From an uncultured delta proteobacterium (GTDB lineage Bacteria > Desulfobacterota > Desulfobacteria > Desulfobacterales > UBA2156), in assembly GCA_963736855.1 (NCBI GenBank), contig CAVTQK010000024.1:96001-160000 (forward strand): a stretch of DNA of 64,000 nt, in the 5' to 3' direction. The position numbers and the translations under genes are program-made. Below, in pieces: positions 39,793-49,975 of the stretch (its first letter is position 1; every line of letters begins with the position of its first letter). The notes below the pieces were generated by a model. The model was not told the DNA's origin. It saw nothing but the letters and a program-made list of their open reading frames with translations, and searched no databases.

Positions 39793-41265
39793 ATGAAACC
39801 CTATTGGATTGCAGGGATCGTTTTCGGGATCATTTTTACCTCGCTAATGGCGGTGCGTCTCAATCTGCTTCACTTGCAGTCGCCAAGCCCTCCGGTCGGA
39901 TTGATCGCTCTGTCTGAAAGAGACACATGGATGAATCTTTTTCAGGAGGGGCAAAAGATCGGGTTTTCCCATTCGGTCCTGAAGCGTGATGAGGTCGGAT
40001 ACCGACTGGAGCAATCGGTTCACATGCGCTTGAACATCATGGGAATGGTTCAGGATGTCGTCATCGTAACGGACTCCCGCCTTAACCCGGATTTGTCCCT
40101 GGATTCCTTTGATTTCAGCATGGATTCCGGACGGTTCCTGTTTAAAGCGAAAGGAATGGTTTCAAAAGGGATGCTGATCGCCGACCTTGAGGGTACCGGG
40201 GGAGAACAGCGGATGGAAATCCCATTACCGCGCGCACCGCATCTGGCCTCCGTGCTTTATGACGCTGTCATCGCGGGCGGCATGAAACCCGGAGAATCGC
40301 GTACCTTCGAGATCTTCGATATTGCCTCCCTTGCCCAGGTGCCCGTATCGGTGCAAATGAAGGGGAAAGAAAAGATTCAGATCATGGGCGCAATCCGGGA
40401 TGTCTCCCGGATTGTGGTCCAATACAAAGGGATGGTCCAATCGGCATGGATCAGCGAAGAGGGGGAGGTATTGCGGGAGGAAGGGCTTTTGGGTATGCGA
40501 CTGGAAAAAACCGATTCCCACAGCGCGATTGCAGGAATCGTTTCCCGGCCAGGCCATGATCTGACCCTTTCCGCATCGGTTCAAGTGGCCACCCCCATCC
40601 AAGACCCAAAGACCCGAACCCGGATTGCCCTCAAGATCGAGGGGATTTCCATCGAGGGTCTGGAACTTCACGGCGGACGGCAGGCCCTTTCCGGAAACAC
40701 CCTGGTTGTTGAAAAAGAGCCTCTTTCGGACTTGCAAGATGAACCCCTGGACCCGCAGAAGGCCGCCCCTTATCTTAAAGCCGCACCGTTTATTCAGTCC
40801 GATCATGAAAGGATCGTATCCCAGTCCCGTCAGATCACGGCGTCAAAGACGCATCCCCTGGATAAGGTCCGGGAACTCGTCGTCTGGATGCAGGATAACA
40901 TCGAAAAGAAACCGGCGATCTCTATACCCGATGCGCTTTCGGTTTTGGAAAACCGGTCGGGCGATTGCAATGAGCATGCGATACTCTTCGCCGCGTTGGC
41001 CAGGGCCGCCGGGATTCCGGCCCGGGTGGAGGCCGGCCTGGTCTATCTCAAGGGGCGGTTTTATTACCATGCCTGGAATCTCGCGTATGTGGGCCGATGG
41101 ATCACGGTGGACGCCCTTTTCAATGAAATCCCGGCCGATGTCACCCATATCCGGCTGGTGAACGACGCGGAAAGAAATCAACTGGACCTGCTTCCGGTCA
41201 TCGGAAGGATAAAAATCTCCGTGGTTGACGATGAGGCGGCACGGAAAAAACGAGAGGCGTTTTAA
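39793..41265 (+). CDS. Membrane-anchored transglutaminase-like domain protein
   Basis: N-terminal TM; catalytic GDCNEHA, YYHAW, WITVD. Confidence 0.88.
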   Translation: MKPYWIAGIVFGIIFTSLMAVRLNLLHLQSPSPPVGLIALSERDTWMNLFQEGQKIGFSHSVLKRDEVGYRLEQSVHMRLNIMGMVQDVVIVTDSRLNPDLSLDSFDFSMDSGRFLFKAKGMVSKGMLIADLEGTGGEQRMEIPLPRAPHLASVLYDAVIAGGMKPGESRTFEIFDIASLAQVPVSVQMKGKEKIQIMGAIRDVSRIVVQYKGMVQSAWISEEGEVLREEGLLGMRLEKTDSHSAIAGIVSRPGHDLTLSASVQVATPIQDPKTRTRIALKIEGISIEGLELHGGRQALSGNTLVVEKEPLSDLQDEPLDPQKAAPYLKAAPFIQSDHERIVSQSRQITASKTHPLDKVRELVVWMQDNIEKKPAISIPDALSVLENRSGDCNEHAILFAALARAAGIPARVEAGLVYLKGRFYYHAWNLAYVGRWITVDALFNEIPADVTHIRLVNDAERNQLDLLPVIGRIKISVVDDEAARKKREAF

Positions 41266-41267
41266 GC

Positions 41268-42017
41268 ATGATCGTGCTGAATCATTTGACCAAGCGTTAC
41301 ACCAAGACTCTGGCGGTCAACGATCTGAGCCTCGAGGTTCCCAAAGGGGAAATCTTCGGGTTCATTGGCCCCAATGGTGCGGGGAAGACCACCACCATTA
41401 AAATGATGGCAGGACTCATGGCTCCCACCTCGGGAAGCGTTTCGATTTGCGGGATCGACATGGCTCAAAATCCCCGGGAAGCCAAGGCCAAAATCGGATT
41501 CATACCGGATCGGCCGTATCTTTACGAAAAGCTCACCGGAATGGAATTTTTGAAGTTCATTGCCCGTATCTACGGGATTCAAGCATACGATTTTAAAGAA
41601 AAGGCCGAAAAAAGCCTTGAGCGGTTTGCCCTGTCGGATTGGGCCCATGACCTCATCGAGGCTTATTCCCACGGTATGCGCCAGCGGCTCATCATCGCCG
41701 CAGCCCTGATCCATGACCCGGAAGTGATCATCGTGGATGAACCCATGGTGGGCCTGGATCCCATAGCGGTCATCCTGGTCAAGAGGATTTTCAGGCAATT
41801 GGCCGCGCACGGCACAACGATCTTCATGTCCACCCACTCCCTGAGCGTGGCCCAGGATGTGTGCCATCGAATCGGCATCATCCATCGAGGTATTCTCATT
41901 GCCACCGGAACCCTGGATCAACTTCGGGATGGCGCCTCCGCAACGGGTGCCGACCTGGAAGCCGTCTTCATGTCCTTGACCGCCGAAAACGCGAACAATT
42001 TATCGGATGAACCATGA
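41268..42017 (+). CDS. ABC transporter ATP-binding protein (ABC-2 type)
   Basis: GPNGAGKTT, YSHGMRQR, IVDEP. Confidence 0.93.
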   Translation: MIVLNHLTKRYTKTLAVNDLSLEVPKGEIFGFIGPNGAGKTTTIKMMAGLMAPTSGSVSICGIDMAQNPREAKAKIGFIPDRPYLYEKLTGMEFLKFIARIYGIQAYDFKEKAEKSLERFALSDWAHDLIEAYSHGMRQRLIIAAALIHDPEVIIVDEPMVGLDPIAVILVKRIFRQLAAHGTTIFMSTHSLSVAQDVCHRIGIIHRGILIATGTLDQLRDGASATGADLEAVFMSLTAENANNLSDEP

Positions 42018-43699
42018 AAACGGTGGGGTTATTGATTCTTCCGCGATTGTGGCCGCTTAAAAGACCCCTGGCATCGGCCAAGGGAAAAAAGCCTTTTAGG
42101 ATCCTCATTCTGGGAGGAATCGGCACGGTCTTTTGGGTCGGAATTCTCGGCGTATCCATGCGGGTGCTGCGCTATTTCCGGGGGATCGAAGACGTGGGCG
42201 ATCTGGTTCTGGCAAAGCTTCTCTCGATGATGTTGATCACTGTCTTTTCCCTTATGATCTTTTCCGCCATCCTTACCTCGCTTTCTAAGCTCTATCTCAG
42301 TAAAGACCTGCCCCTGGTCTTTTCCCTTCCTGTGAGGAGGCATCACATCTTCATCGCCCGATGGATGGAAAGCGTCTTCGACAGCGCCTGGATGGTATTG
42401 ATCTACACGCTTCCGGTCCTGATTGCCTACGGTATCGTCTATGATGTTACGCCCCTCTATTACGCCTACCTGTTGGCGGCTCTGATTCCCTTGACGGCCA
42501 CGGCCTCCGGAATCGGTGTTCTCGTGGTGATGCTGGCCGTGATGGTGATCCCGGCCAGCCGAATCCGCACGCTTTTTGTCTTTTTCGGTCTTTTTGCATT
42601 CATCGCGATTTACGTGGCCTTCCGCTTGCTGCGCCCGGAGCGGCTGGTGGATCCCGAGGCTTTCGCTACAGTCCTGGTCTATCTGCACGCTCTCAAGTCT
42701 CCGGACTTTCCCTTTCTTCCGAGCACCTGGGCCTATGACGGAATTCATGGACTGCTGAACGGAGATGTCAGGCAGGCTCTTTTTGCGGCATCCCTTTCAT
42801 TTGCCGCTATGCTTACCCTCTTTTGTGCCGCGGTCCTCACCGCGGATGCCGTTTATTTTTCAGGTTTATCCAAAGCACAGACCGCCAAGGAGCATCTGTT
42901 CCGGGCAAAGCGTGAGGCGGTAATGAAAAAGGGGGTGCTTCCCGGACCGATCCGCGCGTTGGTCGAGAAAGAGATCAAGACGTTTTTCCGGGATCAAACC
43001 CAATGGTCCCAAATCTTTCTTATCGCCGCCCTGGTGGTCATTTATATCTATAATTTCAAGGTACTTCCTCTGGAACGTTCCCCTATAAAAACCCTTTATC
43101 TGCAGAACCTGCTTTCTTTTTTAAACATGGGACTGGTCTCCTTTGTCCTGATCGCGGTGACGGCGCGTTTCGCCTTCCCCGCGGTGAGCAACGAGAAAGA
43201 TGCTTTCTGGCTGGTCCTCGCCTCCCCAATTCGGATGCGGACCTACCTTTGGGTCAAGTTTTTTATCTACTTTTTCCCTTTGCTGATTTTGTCGGAAATT
43301 TTAATTGTGGGCACCAATATTTTATTGAAGGTAACACCCCTGATGATGGGCATTTCGACAGCCACCATCTGTGTTCTGGTTCCCGGGGTAGTCTCTTTGG
43401 GGATCGGTCTCGGGGCGGCTTATCCGGACTTTACCTCTGAGAATCCTGCCCAATCGGTGACGAGCTGGGGCGGCCTGCTCTTCATGATGCTGGGCGCGGT
43501 ATTCGTGGGAGCCGCCATTTTTTTAGAGGCAGGCCCGGTTTATCGCTTTTTCATGGCTCAGGTGAAAGGGCACACCCTGTTTCTGTCGGATTGGATCTAT
43601 GCCGGCATCTCCTTTGCCGGAGTGCTTATTTTGGCCGTTTTTGCCGTCATCCTCCCCATGCGGTATGGAGAGAGAGAACTTTTGAAAACGGATAGCTGA
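42014..43699 (+). CDS. Putative ABC exporter permease
   Basis: Many TM segments; coupled to the ATPase; KE...FFRD, FPAVS.E motifs. Confidence 0.8.
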   Translation: MKTVGLLILPRLWPLKRPLASAKGKKPFRILILGGIGTVFWVGILGVSMRVLRYFRGIEDVGDLVLAKLLSMMLITVFSLMIFSAILTSLSKLYLSKDLPLVFSLPVRRHHIFIARWMESVFDSAWMVLIYTLPVLIAYGIVYDVTPLYYAYLLAALIPLTATASGIGVLVVMLAVMVIPASRIRTLFVFFGLFAFIAIYVAFRLLRPERLVDPEAFATVLVYLHALKSPDFPFLPSTWAYDGIHGLLNGDVRQALFAASLSFAAMLTLFCAAVLTADAVYFSGLSKAQTAKEHLFRAKREAVMKKGVLPGPIRALVEKEIKTFFRDQTQWSQIFLIAALVVIYIYNFKVLPLERSPIKTLYLQNLLSFLNMGLVSFVLIAVTARFAFPAVSNEKDAFWLVLASPIRMRTYLWVKFFIYFFPLLILSEILIVGTNILLKVTPLMMGISTATICVLVPGVVSLGIGLGAAYPDFTSENPAQSVTSWGGLLFMMLGAVFVGAAIFLEAGPVYRFFMAQVKGHTLFLSDWIYAGISFAGVLILAVFAVILPMRYGERELLKTDS

Positions 43700-43718
43700 A
43701 TTTGCAGGGAGAATTTCG

Positions 43719-44384
43719 ATGAAAGTGACCGCGAACGTTCATGCCTTTTTCTGGGAATCCATGACCGAGAACAACTGCAACACCTACCTGATCGACGGCA
43801 AAAAAAAGATCTTGATCGATCCCGGGCATCTCCACCTTATCGATCATGTTGCAAGGGGGCTTTCGGAGCTGAATGTGAATCAGGGCGATATCCATCTGGT
43901 GATCTGCACCCATGCACACCCGGACCACATGGAGGGGGTGACCCTGTTCAGAAAAGCCGGCGCCTTGTTTGCCGTTCACGAAAATGAATGGAAACTGATT
44001 CAATCGATGAGCCATTTTGTCGAGGACAGTTACGGAATAAGCGTGGATGCGCTGGCCCCCGATTTTTTCCTTGCGGAAGGCGATTTGAATGTGGATGGAT
44101 TGGATATCCGGGTTTTCCACACCCCCGGGCATTCGCCGGGATCGGTATGCCTGTATTTGCCGGCGGAGAAGGTGCTCTTCACCGGCGACTTGATTTTCAA
44201 GGAAGGTCTGGGGCGAACGGATCTGCCGGGTGGAAACAGCGCCCGGATCAAGGAGAGCGTCCGGCAGCTTCAGGATCTGGATGTGGAATATCTCCTTCCT
44301 GGTCACGGGGAAATGCTGACAGGTAAAAAGGAGATTCAGGACAATTACGGTTTTTTGGAGCGATATGTTTTTGCCTATGTATGA
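43719..44384 (+). CDS. MBL-fold metallo-hydrolase
   Basis: LIDPG, THAHPDH, HTPGHSPG, FTGD, PGHG. Confidence 0.92.
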   Translation: MKVTANVHAFFWESMTENNCNTYLIDGKKKILIDPGHLHLIDHVARGLSELNVNQGDIHLVICTHAHPDHMEGVTLFRKAGALFAVHENEWKLIQSMSHFVEDSYGISVDALAPDFFLAEGDLNVDGLDIRVFHTPGHSPGSVCLYLPAEKVLFTGDLIFKEGLGRTDLPGGNSARIKESVRQLQDLDVEYLLPGHGEMLTGKKEIQDNYGFLERYVFAYV

Positions 44385-44447
44385 GACAAAAGAGGATTCA
44401 AGGGGCAAGGGATCCAAGGATCAAGGATTAGAAAGAAGGAGTAATTT

Positions 44448-44975
44448 GTGACGGAAGTTAAGAGCACACTCGAGCTGGTTCTGGAAAAGACGAAGCATTT
44501 GAAACTCAGCAGGGATGAGAAAGAAGAGCGACAGAGGAAAGAGATTGAGAGTATTCTCAGGGGCTTGCTGCAAAAATATCAGGACGGCATTCTGTCGTTA
44601 AGGAACATGGAAAAAGAAATTGCTCGTTTAAGAAATCGCTTCGGATTCGATGAAAAATCCATTTTGCGGGAACTGGTATTCGAACGTTTTGATCCGGACG
44701 GCGAAAACGACGCTCTTCTTGAAATTGTTCGACGTTTGCTGAAGGAAGATACGAGCGGCATCGAAGGCGTATTGAAAGGATATCAGAAGGCGCGCGCGGA
44801 ACTCCTTCAGGAGGCTTTTAATTCATCCCTTAAGACGCTTCGGGAAAAATACAGAATATCAGGATCCGCGGTCCTGCCGAACCCGGTTGAGAATTCAGAC
44901 TTCAAAGCATCCCTTCAAAAACTCAGAGAATCTTTCGAAGCTGCCCTTTCAATAGAAAAGAAACCATGCAAGTAA
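44448..44975 (+). CDS. Hypothetical helical protein
   Basis: 175-aa charged ORF with AAGGAG RBS filling an operon gap. Confidence 0.75.
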   Translation: MTEVKSTLELVLEKTKHLKLSRDEKEERQRKEIESILRGLLQKYQDGILSLRNMEKEIARLRNRFGFDEKSILRELVFERFDPDGENDALLEIVRRLLKEDTSGIEGVLKGYQKARAELLQEAFNSSLKTLREKYRISGSAVLPNPVENSDFKASLQKLRESFEAALSIEKKPCK

Positions 44976-45069
44976 ACCCATAACCCCCGGCCTCCGATCA
45001 GAGGGTCCTTTACAACCCCAAGCCCCGATGGTATCAAGGGCGACAAACATGGAGTAATGAAAGGATTTC

Positions 45070-45903
45070 ATGCGTTCTTCGATCCTGTGTCCCAATTGCC
45101 GGAAGCTGATCAGCGCTGATGAGCGAAAATGCCCGTATTGCGACCTTTCGAATCCTGCCTCTCCGTTGAAATACAATTTCTGGACCCGCGGCCTCGCGGA
45201 TCCCTACCGGATTGTCCGCTGGATCATCTACCTCAATGTGGGGATGTATTTGATTTCTTTGCTTCTCAACCCCTTGATCCCTCGCTTTTCCTATAATCCG
45301 CTGGTCTTTCTGTCACCGGAAAACAAAAGCCTGCTGCTGATGGGAGCTACGGGGACTATCCCCATCGGCCGGCTGGGACGATGGTGGACGCTGATCTCCG
45401 CCAATTACCTTCACGGCTCCATCCTGCACATTTTTTTCAATATGTTCGCCTTCAATCAGATCGCTCCCCTGGCGATCCGGGAGTTCGGCGCCAACCGCAT
45501 GATCATCCTTTACACTCTGGGCGGGGTCTTCGGCTTTATTGTTTCCTATTTTGCGGGTGTGACCTTTACCATCGGCGCCAGCGCCGCACTTTGCAGCCTC
45601 ATCGGGGCGAGCCTCTATTTCGGGAAAAGCCGGGGCGGTGCCTACGGGCAGGCCATCTACCGCCAGCTCGGAGCCTGGACCTTAGGGATTTTCCTGTTCG
45701 GGCTGATTTTTCCGGGAATCAATAACTGGGGCCATGGGGGAGGACTGATTGCAGGGGCCTCCCTGGGATTTCTGGTGGGATACGAAGAGCGAAAACGGGA
45801 GACGTCCACCCACAAAATACTGGCCGGAGGATGTGCCATCGCGACCATGCTGATCCTGATCTGGGCTGTTTTGTCCGCAGTATACTATCGGACTCTCGGA
45901 TAG
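45070..45903 (+). CDS. Rhomboid intramembrane serine protease with N-terminal zinc ribbon
   Basis: CPNC..CPYC, WW...LHG..HI.FNM, GASA, NWGH.GG. Confidence 0.92.
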   Translation: MRSSILCPNCRKLISADERKCPYCDLSNPASPLKYNFWTRGLADPYRIVRWIIYLNVGMYLISLLLNPLIPRFSYNPLVFLSPENKSLLLMGATGTIPIGRLGRWWTLISANYLHGSILHIFFNMFAFNQIAPLAIREFGANRMIILYTLGGVFGFIVSYFAGVTFTIGASAALCSLIGASLYFGKSRGGAYGQAIYRQLGAWTLGIFLFGLIFPGINNWGHGGGLIAGASLGFLVGYEERKRETSTHKILAGGCAIATMLILIWAVLSAVYYRTLG

Positions 45904-45911
45904 CCTGTTTC

Positions 45912-47837
45912 CTACCAGCCGCTTCCACCTCCGCCGCCTCCTCCGCCACCGGATGATCCTCCCCCTCCGCTTCCCGAACTCGAACCCGGGGCGGTAGCGG
46001 ATGAGGCGATGGCTCCGGAAAAGGCCGATCCCAGGCTGGAAGCAAACCCAGAGCTTCCGAGATCGCTCCAGGACCTTCCGCTATACCAGACAGGGGAATA
46101 GGCTTGCCCTTCTGTCCCGGCCCGGGCCAGCACATCCGAGAATTGCTCGCTCCATTTATGTTCCACATCCAGGGCCAGGGCATATGGGAGATATTTTTCG
46201 AAAAGTTCCGGCGTCTTTTCAGGCGGATTGAGGACCCGCAACCGGGGCGCTTCGGCCACGGAAAGATATTGTTTGAAACCTTCGATCTGGTCCATGATCT
46301 TTCGGCCGAGTAGGGTAGGGGCCTTGAGCAGGTGGTAAAAAAGGAGATTCAAAAGGGCCATGGCCAGAAGGGCGATGACGGCTCTTATGGAAGTCATGTA
46401 TGTCAGCATCGAGATTCCGAAGATTTCTCCGATGAGAAAAGGAATCGAGAAAAGGGTGATGAACACGGCCGATCCTTTGGAAGAAATGCCGCCGCCCCGT
46501 GCGGCTTTCCAGCTGTTTTTGACATGAACGACCAGCGCCGTACACGCGATGGTCCAGCCCGTCAGCCACAACCCAATGAATCCGGCGCCGGGATTGGGCA
46601 GAGTAGCAACGGTGATGCCGACAAGGGTCAAAATGGTGATGGCGGCGCCGGGTATAAAATAGTTTCTGTTTTTCAGGAAGTAGGTTTTTTCGAAATCGAG
46701 CTTCAGTCTTTTTTTGAAGGCTTCCACGGCGCTGCCGATCTTTGCGTGGTTTTCATTTTTCAGCTCAAGCCGATCGGAAGTTCCGAAGAGCTTGTCGGCA
46801 AGGCCCTTTTCTCGGGGTGAAAGGGCAGAACTGTTTTTAGAGGTACGAATCAACGAGTACTCCTTTTTCTTTTCCTCCACGATCTTCAGGTATCCCTTGA
46901 CCGCCATATTGACAACAGCCGATGCTAGCGTCTTGTCATCATATCCCATCCGCATCACATAACGCGCAGCGGCTGGTGTGATATCTTTGGGGGGTTCAAA
47001 CAGGGGGATGATGGTTCCCTTCTCCGGATCCCGACCCACTTTGTACCAGGCCGCCACATAATAAATTAGCGATAAGGCAAGTCCGGCCAGAGAGACGGTC
47101 AGGAGCAGGTTGTCTCCGAAAAAATGTCCGGCTTTTTTGGAAGCGCTGGGTGCGGTGACCAGCCCTTTGGGCCAGGCTGCCGCAATGGTCAATCCCTCCC
47201 CGGGTCGCAACGGACGGGTGGTGGCAAACCGGATGGATTCATTCGTCTCAGAATCGATGACGAAATCTTTCTCCCGGGCACCCTGCGGACCGGTATAGGC
47301 CGCTCTTTGCAAGATATTACCGCCCTGGGGGATCTTTACCAGTGCTTCGGCCCTCTCAATTACAAATGTCCAGGCGTTTCCCGTGACGTTCCAGTAAAGT
47401 TCATCGTATCCCTCGAAAAAACCGAGTTGGCGGCCGGTCTTGTATGTGATGGCATATGTATAATATCCGGGATTTAAATAAACATCCTTGTGGCCGATAT
47501 AAATCTTTTTTCCGTTGGAAACATTTTCAACATGATACGGTTCGGATCGGCCGTCTTTCTGGATGGAGACGATCTGAAACGGCACCGTGACGGTTTCTCC
47601 GGTACGGCCTTTGTATGTCGTTGGAAAATCCCGAACAATGCCCCGCTTGATTTCCGCTCCTGCGCAATAGACACGGATGGTCTCGGTCACGGTGATGGAG
47701 GCGTCCGGATGGACGGTTATCCGGCTATTAAAATCGGTGATCCTTTCAACTTCATCGGAAAAGGCCGGGCATAAAGTCAGAATAAGAAAGACAACTATCC
47801 CCAGAAACCCCAAGACAGCTTTTTTACACATATGCAT
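45912..47837 (-). CDS. DUF2207 domain membrane protein
   Basis: Signal peptide, DELYWN.TG, YLPYA.AL, Gly/Ser tail ending in W; downstream of lemA. Confidence 0.9.
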   Translation of the reverse strand: MHMCKKAVLGFLGIVVFLILTLCPAFSDEVERITDFNSRITVHPDASITVTETIRVYCAGAEIKRGIVRDFPTTYKGRTGETVTVPFQIVSIQKDGRSEPYHVENVSNGKKIYIGHKDVYLNPGYYTYAITYKTGRQLGFFEGYDELYWNVTGNAWTFVIERAEALVKIPQGGNILQRAAYTGPQGAREKDFVIDSETNESIRFATTRPLRPGEGLTIAAAWPKGLVTAPSASKKAGHFFGDNLLLTVSLAGLALSLIYYVAAWYKVGRDPEKGTIIPLFEPPKDITPAAARYVMRMGYDDKTLASAVVNMAVKGYLKIVEEKKKEYSLIRTSKNSSALSPREKGLADKLFGTSDRLELKNENHAKIGSAVEAFKKRLKLDFEKTYFLKNRNYFIPGAAITILTLVGITVATLPNPGAGFIGLWLTGWTIACTALVVHVKNSWKAARGGGISSKGSAVFITLFSIPFLIGEIFGISMLTYMTSIRAVIALLAMALLNLLFYHLLKAPTLLGRKIMDQIEGFKQYLSVAEAPRLRVLNPPEKTPELFEKYLPYALALDVEHKWSEQFSDVLARAGTEGQAYSPVWYSGRSWSDLGSSGFASSLGSAFSGAIASSATAPGSSSGSGGGGSSGGGGGGGGGSGW

Positions 47838-47845
47838 CGTCCCTG

Positions 47846-48400
47846 TTAAAAAGAAACTTTAGGCACCGCGCGGTCGGCCTCATCTGTGATTTCGAAAAAC
47901 TCCGCCTGCTTGAAGCCGTAGAAATTGGCCACGAGATTGCTGGGAAAAGACTCCACCTGAATGTTATAATCCCTAACGGTCCCGTTATAGTAACGACGAG
48001 CCATCTGGATCTGTTCTTCGAGCTGGGAAAGCTGTCCCTGGAGATCCAAGAAATTCTGATTGGCCTTCAGGTCCGGATATCCCTCGGCCACGGCGAAAAG
48101 ATTTGCCAGAGACCGGGAGAGAGCGCCTTCCACTTTCGCCCTTTCTCCCACATTCTGGGCACCCATGCTCTGAGCCCGCAGTTCGGTGACCTTTTCCAGG
48201 ACGCCGCGCTCGTGCCCCATGTATCCCTTGACGGTCTCTAATAAGTTGGGGATGAGATTGGCCCGTCGCTTGAGCTGGACTTCGATGCCGCTCCAACCCT
48301 CTTTGACCATATTCCGATTTTTCACCAGGCTGTTGTAAATCGCAACCAGGTAAACACCGATCACCAGAACGATACCGATGAAAATCAGCAGGGTAATCAT
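47846..48400 (-). CDS. lemA: LemA family protein
   Basis: YNSLV, QLKRR..LIPNL, E.YPDLKA, ARRYYN, FPSN; ATG at 48400 after AAGGAG. Confidence 0.95.
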   Translation of the reverse strand: MITLLIFIGIVLVIGVYLVAIYNSLVKNRNMVKEGWSGIEVQLKRRANLIPNLLETVKGYMGHERGVLEKVTELRAQSMGAQNVGERAKVEGALSRSLANLFAVAEGYPDLKANQNFLDLQGQLSQLEEQIQMARRYYNGTVRDYNIQVESFPSNLVANFYGFKQAEFFEITDEADRAVPKVSF

Positions 48401-48500
48401 GAAGAGGCTCCTTTCATCAAAACTCAGGCTTTTCAACCGCGAAATAAAATAGAAAAGCCCTTAGATGATAAAAAAAATCGGTAATGAAGACCACAATAAT

Positions 48501-49052
48501 TTATCGATCCACACAATCAAACTTTGTTTTACCCACCCTCCATGTAGCCGGTCTGTGGCCATATGATTGATTTCGTTTCTCATCAAACAATCGAGAGCCG
48601 GTGCTCTTGATGTTCTCGGCGATGAAAACCAATTTTACGGTTTTTCCCTCGTCGCTGTGGAGGAATATCTCAATATGGAGACGCTTGCAACTTTCTCTTC
48701 CCTCTATACGGCCGATGACTCGGATACCATTTGGATCGGGATTTACGCTCACCATAAATATACGATAGGATTGGGGAGGCGTGTCGACTGTTTTTTTTAA
48801 CAAGGTGCTTTTCTTGGATTTTTTGCCGGGGCTGCGTAACGGCGCCACAATTTCCATATTTTCCTCGGCATCGGTTTCTCCTATGTTTTTAGGGGAATGA
48901 TCGATTTCGGCTTCTTTTTCAATTCGTTGAGCATCTGAAGGTGGGCATGTATTGCTGAAATGCCTCACACCATTTTCATCAGTCCAGTGATAAAGCTGAG
49001 GTTGAACTGTCAACGGAAAGATTACAATCACAACAGACAAGGAAATGACCAT
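48501..49052 (-). CDS. DUF4124 domain secreted protein
   Basis: Signal-like N-terminus followed by LYHWTDENGVRHFSN..P; start uncertain. Confidence 0.8.
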   Translation of the reverse strand: MVISLSVVIVIFPLTVQPQLYHWTDENGVRHFSNTCPPSDAQRIEKEAEIDHSPKNIGETDAEENMEIVAPLRSPGKKSKKSTLLKKTVDTPPQSYRIFMVSVNPDPNGIRVIGRIEGRESCKRLHIEIFLHSDEGKTVKLVFIAENIKSTGSRLFDEKRNQSYGHRPATWRVGKTKFDCVDR

Positions 49053-49516
49053 GAATATTTTTATTTGCAAAATCAAATCTTTTGGCGCCCCGGGTTTAAT
49101 GGACCATCAATAAGATCATGAGATCATTTCCGACCGATCATGCAAAACAAAAGTGCGATAAAAAATCAGAATTTTATCTATTATGGATTTGTTTTAGATA
49201 GTGCCTATCTGATTTATCTTTCGGGTGTCAAGATGTATGACTTATCCGGCAGATGCTGAAAGCTTCCGGTAATATCTGAGGATTTTCCTTGATTATGCGA
49301 AAACAGAGTATTTTTAGCCCAATTCTAAAGGTCTCCGTTATCGGGATTGTAATGGTAATGTTCCCTATCATAGTTCGTTGATTACTCTTCTTATCAAAGG
49401 GTTTTCAATTCGGCAAATCATTCCGCTGCAGGCAAGACCTTCCCCTGCATGCTTCAACCGGAGTTGACGGATGTTCAGTTCCGGAAAAACTGGTCGCGCC
49501 TGATCCAAAATATTTA

Positions 49517-49559
49517 CCCGGTTGAATTTCCCGAAGGGGACCCTATTCAACCGGGTGAA
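49517..49559. repeat. REP-like hairpin inserted into the IS91 remnant
   Basis: CCCGGTTGAAT...ATTCAACCGGG arms splitting the TAT codon of IY|EV. Confidence 0.8.
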
Positions 49560-49750
49560 TGAGGTCAACCTTTTAATCTGCCCCAAGTGCCGGGGAAATA
49601 CAACGACATCCCTCATCCTTCCGCAGAGAATTCCATCGCCGACCTGGTTTATCCCATGGATGCTTATTTATAAAAAAACCCGTCGGCGTTGATCCGTCGA
49701 GCTGTGTCCGTATCCGCCAAAATACCGGCCTTTTGCCGGTCATTTCCGTA

Positions 49751-49779
49751 TTGACAGCCGATCTTCCTTTGGGTATCGA
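49751..49779 (+). promoter_or_regulatory. Candidate outward sigma70 promoter in module 1 right end
   Basis: TTGACA-N17-TATCGA, position conserved with 55329-55357. Confidence 0.5.
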
Positions 49780-49975
49780 TTTATCCGAACGGCACGGCAA
49801 CGGACCGTTCCCATATTCTGGGGTGTAGATAAGGACGGAACACAATTCTTTTTCACGCTCTATCCGCACCCAAAAAAAAGGGATTCTTATCAATTCAATC
49901 ATTTCTCTACAGCAAGGAGTTGGTCAAGAACGCGACATAGACCGGATTGGACCCTGCGTGAGCGAGGAGGTAAGC

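Larger units (their letters stand above)
49330..49894 (+). mobile_element. Decayed IS91/ISCR-like element, module 1 (left repeat, transposase 3' fragments, oriIS-like end)
   Basis: Plus-strand remnant FRKNWSRLIQNIY/EVNLLICPKC; 49598-49894 homologous to 55178-55471, ending GGATTCTTATCAAT; 49330-49391 homologous to 53583-53644. Confidence 0.75.

Noticed and set aside
49368..49902. Two minus-strand ORFs (82 and 109 aa)
   Set aside because: They are antisense to the IS91-like remnant, which explains the region better
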